Part shown: piece after piece, positions 62,728-64,000 of the stretch | Position numbering within the stretch: position 1 is the first letter of the stretch | Layout: every line of letters begins with the position of its first letter | Assembly: GCA_963845095.1 (NCBI GenBank) | Contig: CAWJQM010000019.1 | Location: forward strand, 53,316-117,315 | DNA from: an uncultured delta proteobacterium | GTDB lineage: Bacteria > Desulfobacterota > Syntrophia > Syntrophales > Smithellaceae | DNA length: 64,000 bases | Reading direction: 5' to 3' | Notes under the pieces: model-generated | Database searches by the model: none | The model's input: only the letters and a program-made list of their open reading frames with translations | Told to the model about the DNA's origin: nothing | Translations under genes and position numbers: made by a program

Positions 62728-64000
62728 ATGACAATGACTCTGCGAAAAAGAAGTGGTTCACCTCTGTATTCTTTATTATATTGTTTTGCGCTTCAGCGAC
62801 AAACCTTTTGGCATGGAGTGAACATCCTCTGATAACCTATCCTGTGGCCGCTGCGCTTACAGAAGTTCGTAACGCTCCGCCGGTGAAGGCGGAAAGCCTT
62901 GCCGCATTCGTTAATGCCGAGGCCAAAAAACTGGAAATACTGCTGGCGCAGGAAGAAGAATGGGCGCAGAAAAATCTGCAATGGTATGCGCCATTGCCTG
63001 CTGCCCTTGCGTTTAAAGCCGGCGGCGATCCGAACAGCGCCACCGAGCGATTCTGTCAGGCTGTCCGGATAAATTCCCGCACCAAGCTGCCGCTGTATCT
63101 GCAGCTTGTCCCCGGGCAGGATGCCAGTGGCAGGAATAAAATTTCTTCCCGGAGCATCTCTTTTCTTCAGGACACATCCGACTGGGATAAGACCGTCTTT
63201 GCAGGCCTGAAGAACGGCGAATCGGTCAGGCCGCTGGATGTATTAGTCAGCGCGACCGATGATCCCGATCTCCTGGGATTGGATATCGGGCTTTTTGTTG
63301 ACAACAAGACTGAGATGGGCAGGGTGTATGGATTCGGAGAGCAGCCTTTTGGCAACCCCAATCTGGAATACGGCAGCCAGGCGCCTTTTCATATGGGATT
63401 TTATCATGAAGCCGGAATCATGTACACATTGGCCGGTTTTCTGAAAAAAACTTATCCCGAGTACCGCCTTCGTCTTTATCGAAAGCTGGCCGCACTGGCC
63501 TTTTCGACCGGCCACCCTTACTGGGGATGGCGCTTTACAGGATGGGGATTGCACTATCTGGCTGATCTTACCCAGCCCTATCACGCCACGGTTCTTCCCG
63601 GTGTGAGCACCGGTTATGCATTGTGGATCAACACAATAGGTATGATCGGTATTTCCGGCCCCAAAGCCAACGCCATCCAGCTTGTGTCCAACAGACACAC
63701 GGCGCTGGAAAGTTTTGTCCAGGTTGTCCTGCAAAGAGCATATAGTGAAAAGGAAACCAATAACCCGATCCTGCAGGCATTACAGTCTGTCCAAAAAGCT
63801 CCGGCCTACACGGATACTATGCCGCGGGCTGTGGTAGCTAAACATGCGCACGATAACGCCAAAAATACTGATGACATTCTGGAACAAAATATGCCGCCGA
63901 AATTTGTTTCCGATCCGCAGTTCGAAATCGGCGTAAGCCCGGAGCGGATGCAAATAGTCGAAAAAGTTCGCGCGGCGAAAGGCGGGAAGGCAATAGATAA
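62728..64000 (+). CDS. Secreted zinc-dependent phospholipase C / P1 nuclease superfamily protein (partial, frameshift in signal peptide; not in ORF track)
   Basis: RBS AGGAGG; signal peptide then mature WSEH; FHMGFYH; HYLADLTQPYH; RH..LE; open to the window end. Confidence 0.8.

Overview
64 kb of bacterial chromosome, most likely from a Syntrophales-type deltaproteobacterium (Smithella/Syntrophus-like; inferred from gene content only). It is mainly housekeeping and metabolic: mnmG, hisH/hisF, pdxS/pdxT, rne, cimA, amtB-glnK, a YbhFGRS-like ABC exporter, a YhdP/AsmA protein, lon, typA and prfC. About ten genes carry single-base frameshifts, probably long-read consensus errors. The most notable structure lies outside the ORF track. 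(1) A complete Ile-sensing attenuator precedes citramalate synthase (26-aa leader with 9 Ile codons, antiterminator, terminator). (2) Two integrase-free toxin-antitoxin islets (AbiEii-AbiEi and hicAB) are each bracketed by a duplication of the last 32-51 bp of the upstream host gene. The AbiE islet also carries truncated pieces resembling type III CRISPR genes (csm5-like 3' end, CARF 5' end). (3) A stand-alone Fis-type HTH microprotein in the sigma54-driven amtB-glnK operon resembles the HTH of the NifA-like activator in this window, and the two loci share a palindrome. (4) There are several MITE/REP families and a covarying 15-nt micro-hairpin nested inside unrelated repeats. (5) An HTH-HATPase-DUF4325 pseudogene is bracketed by two copies of a three-box operator/promoter. 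No CRISPR array, tRNA, rRNA or integrase was found.
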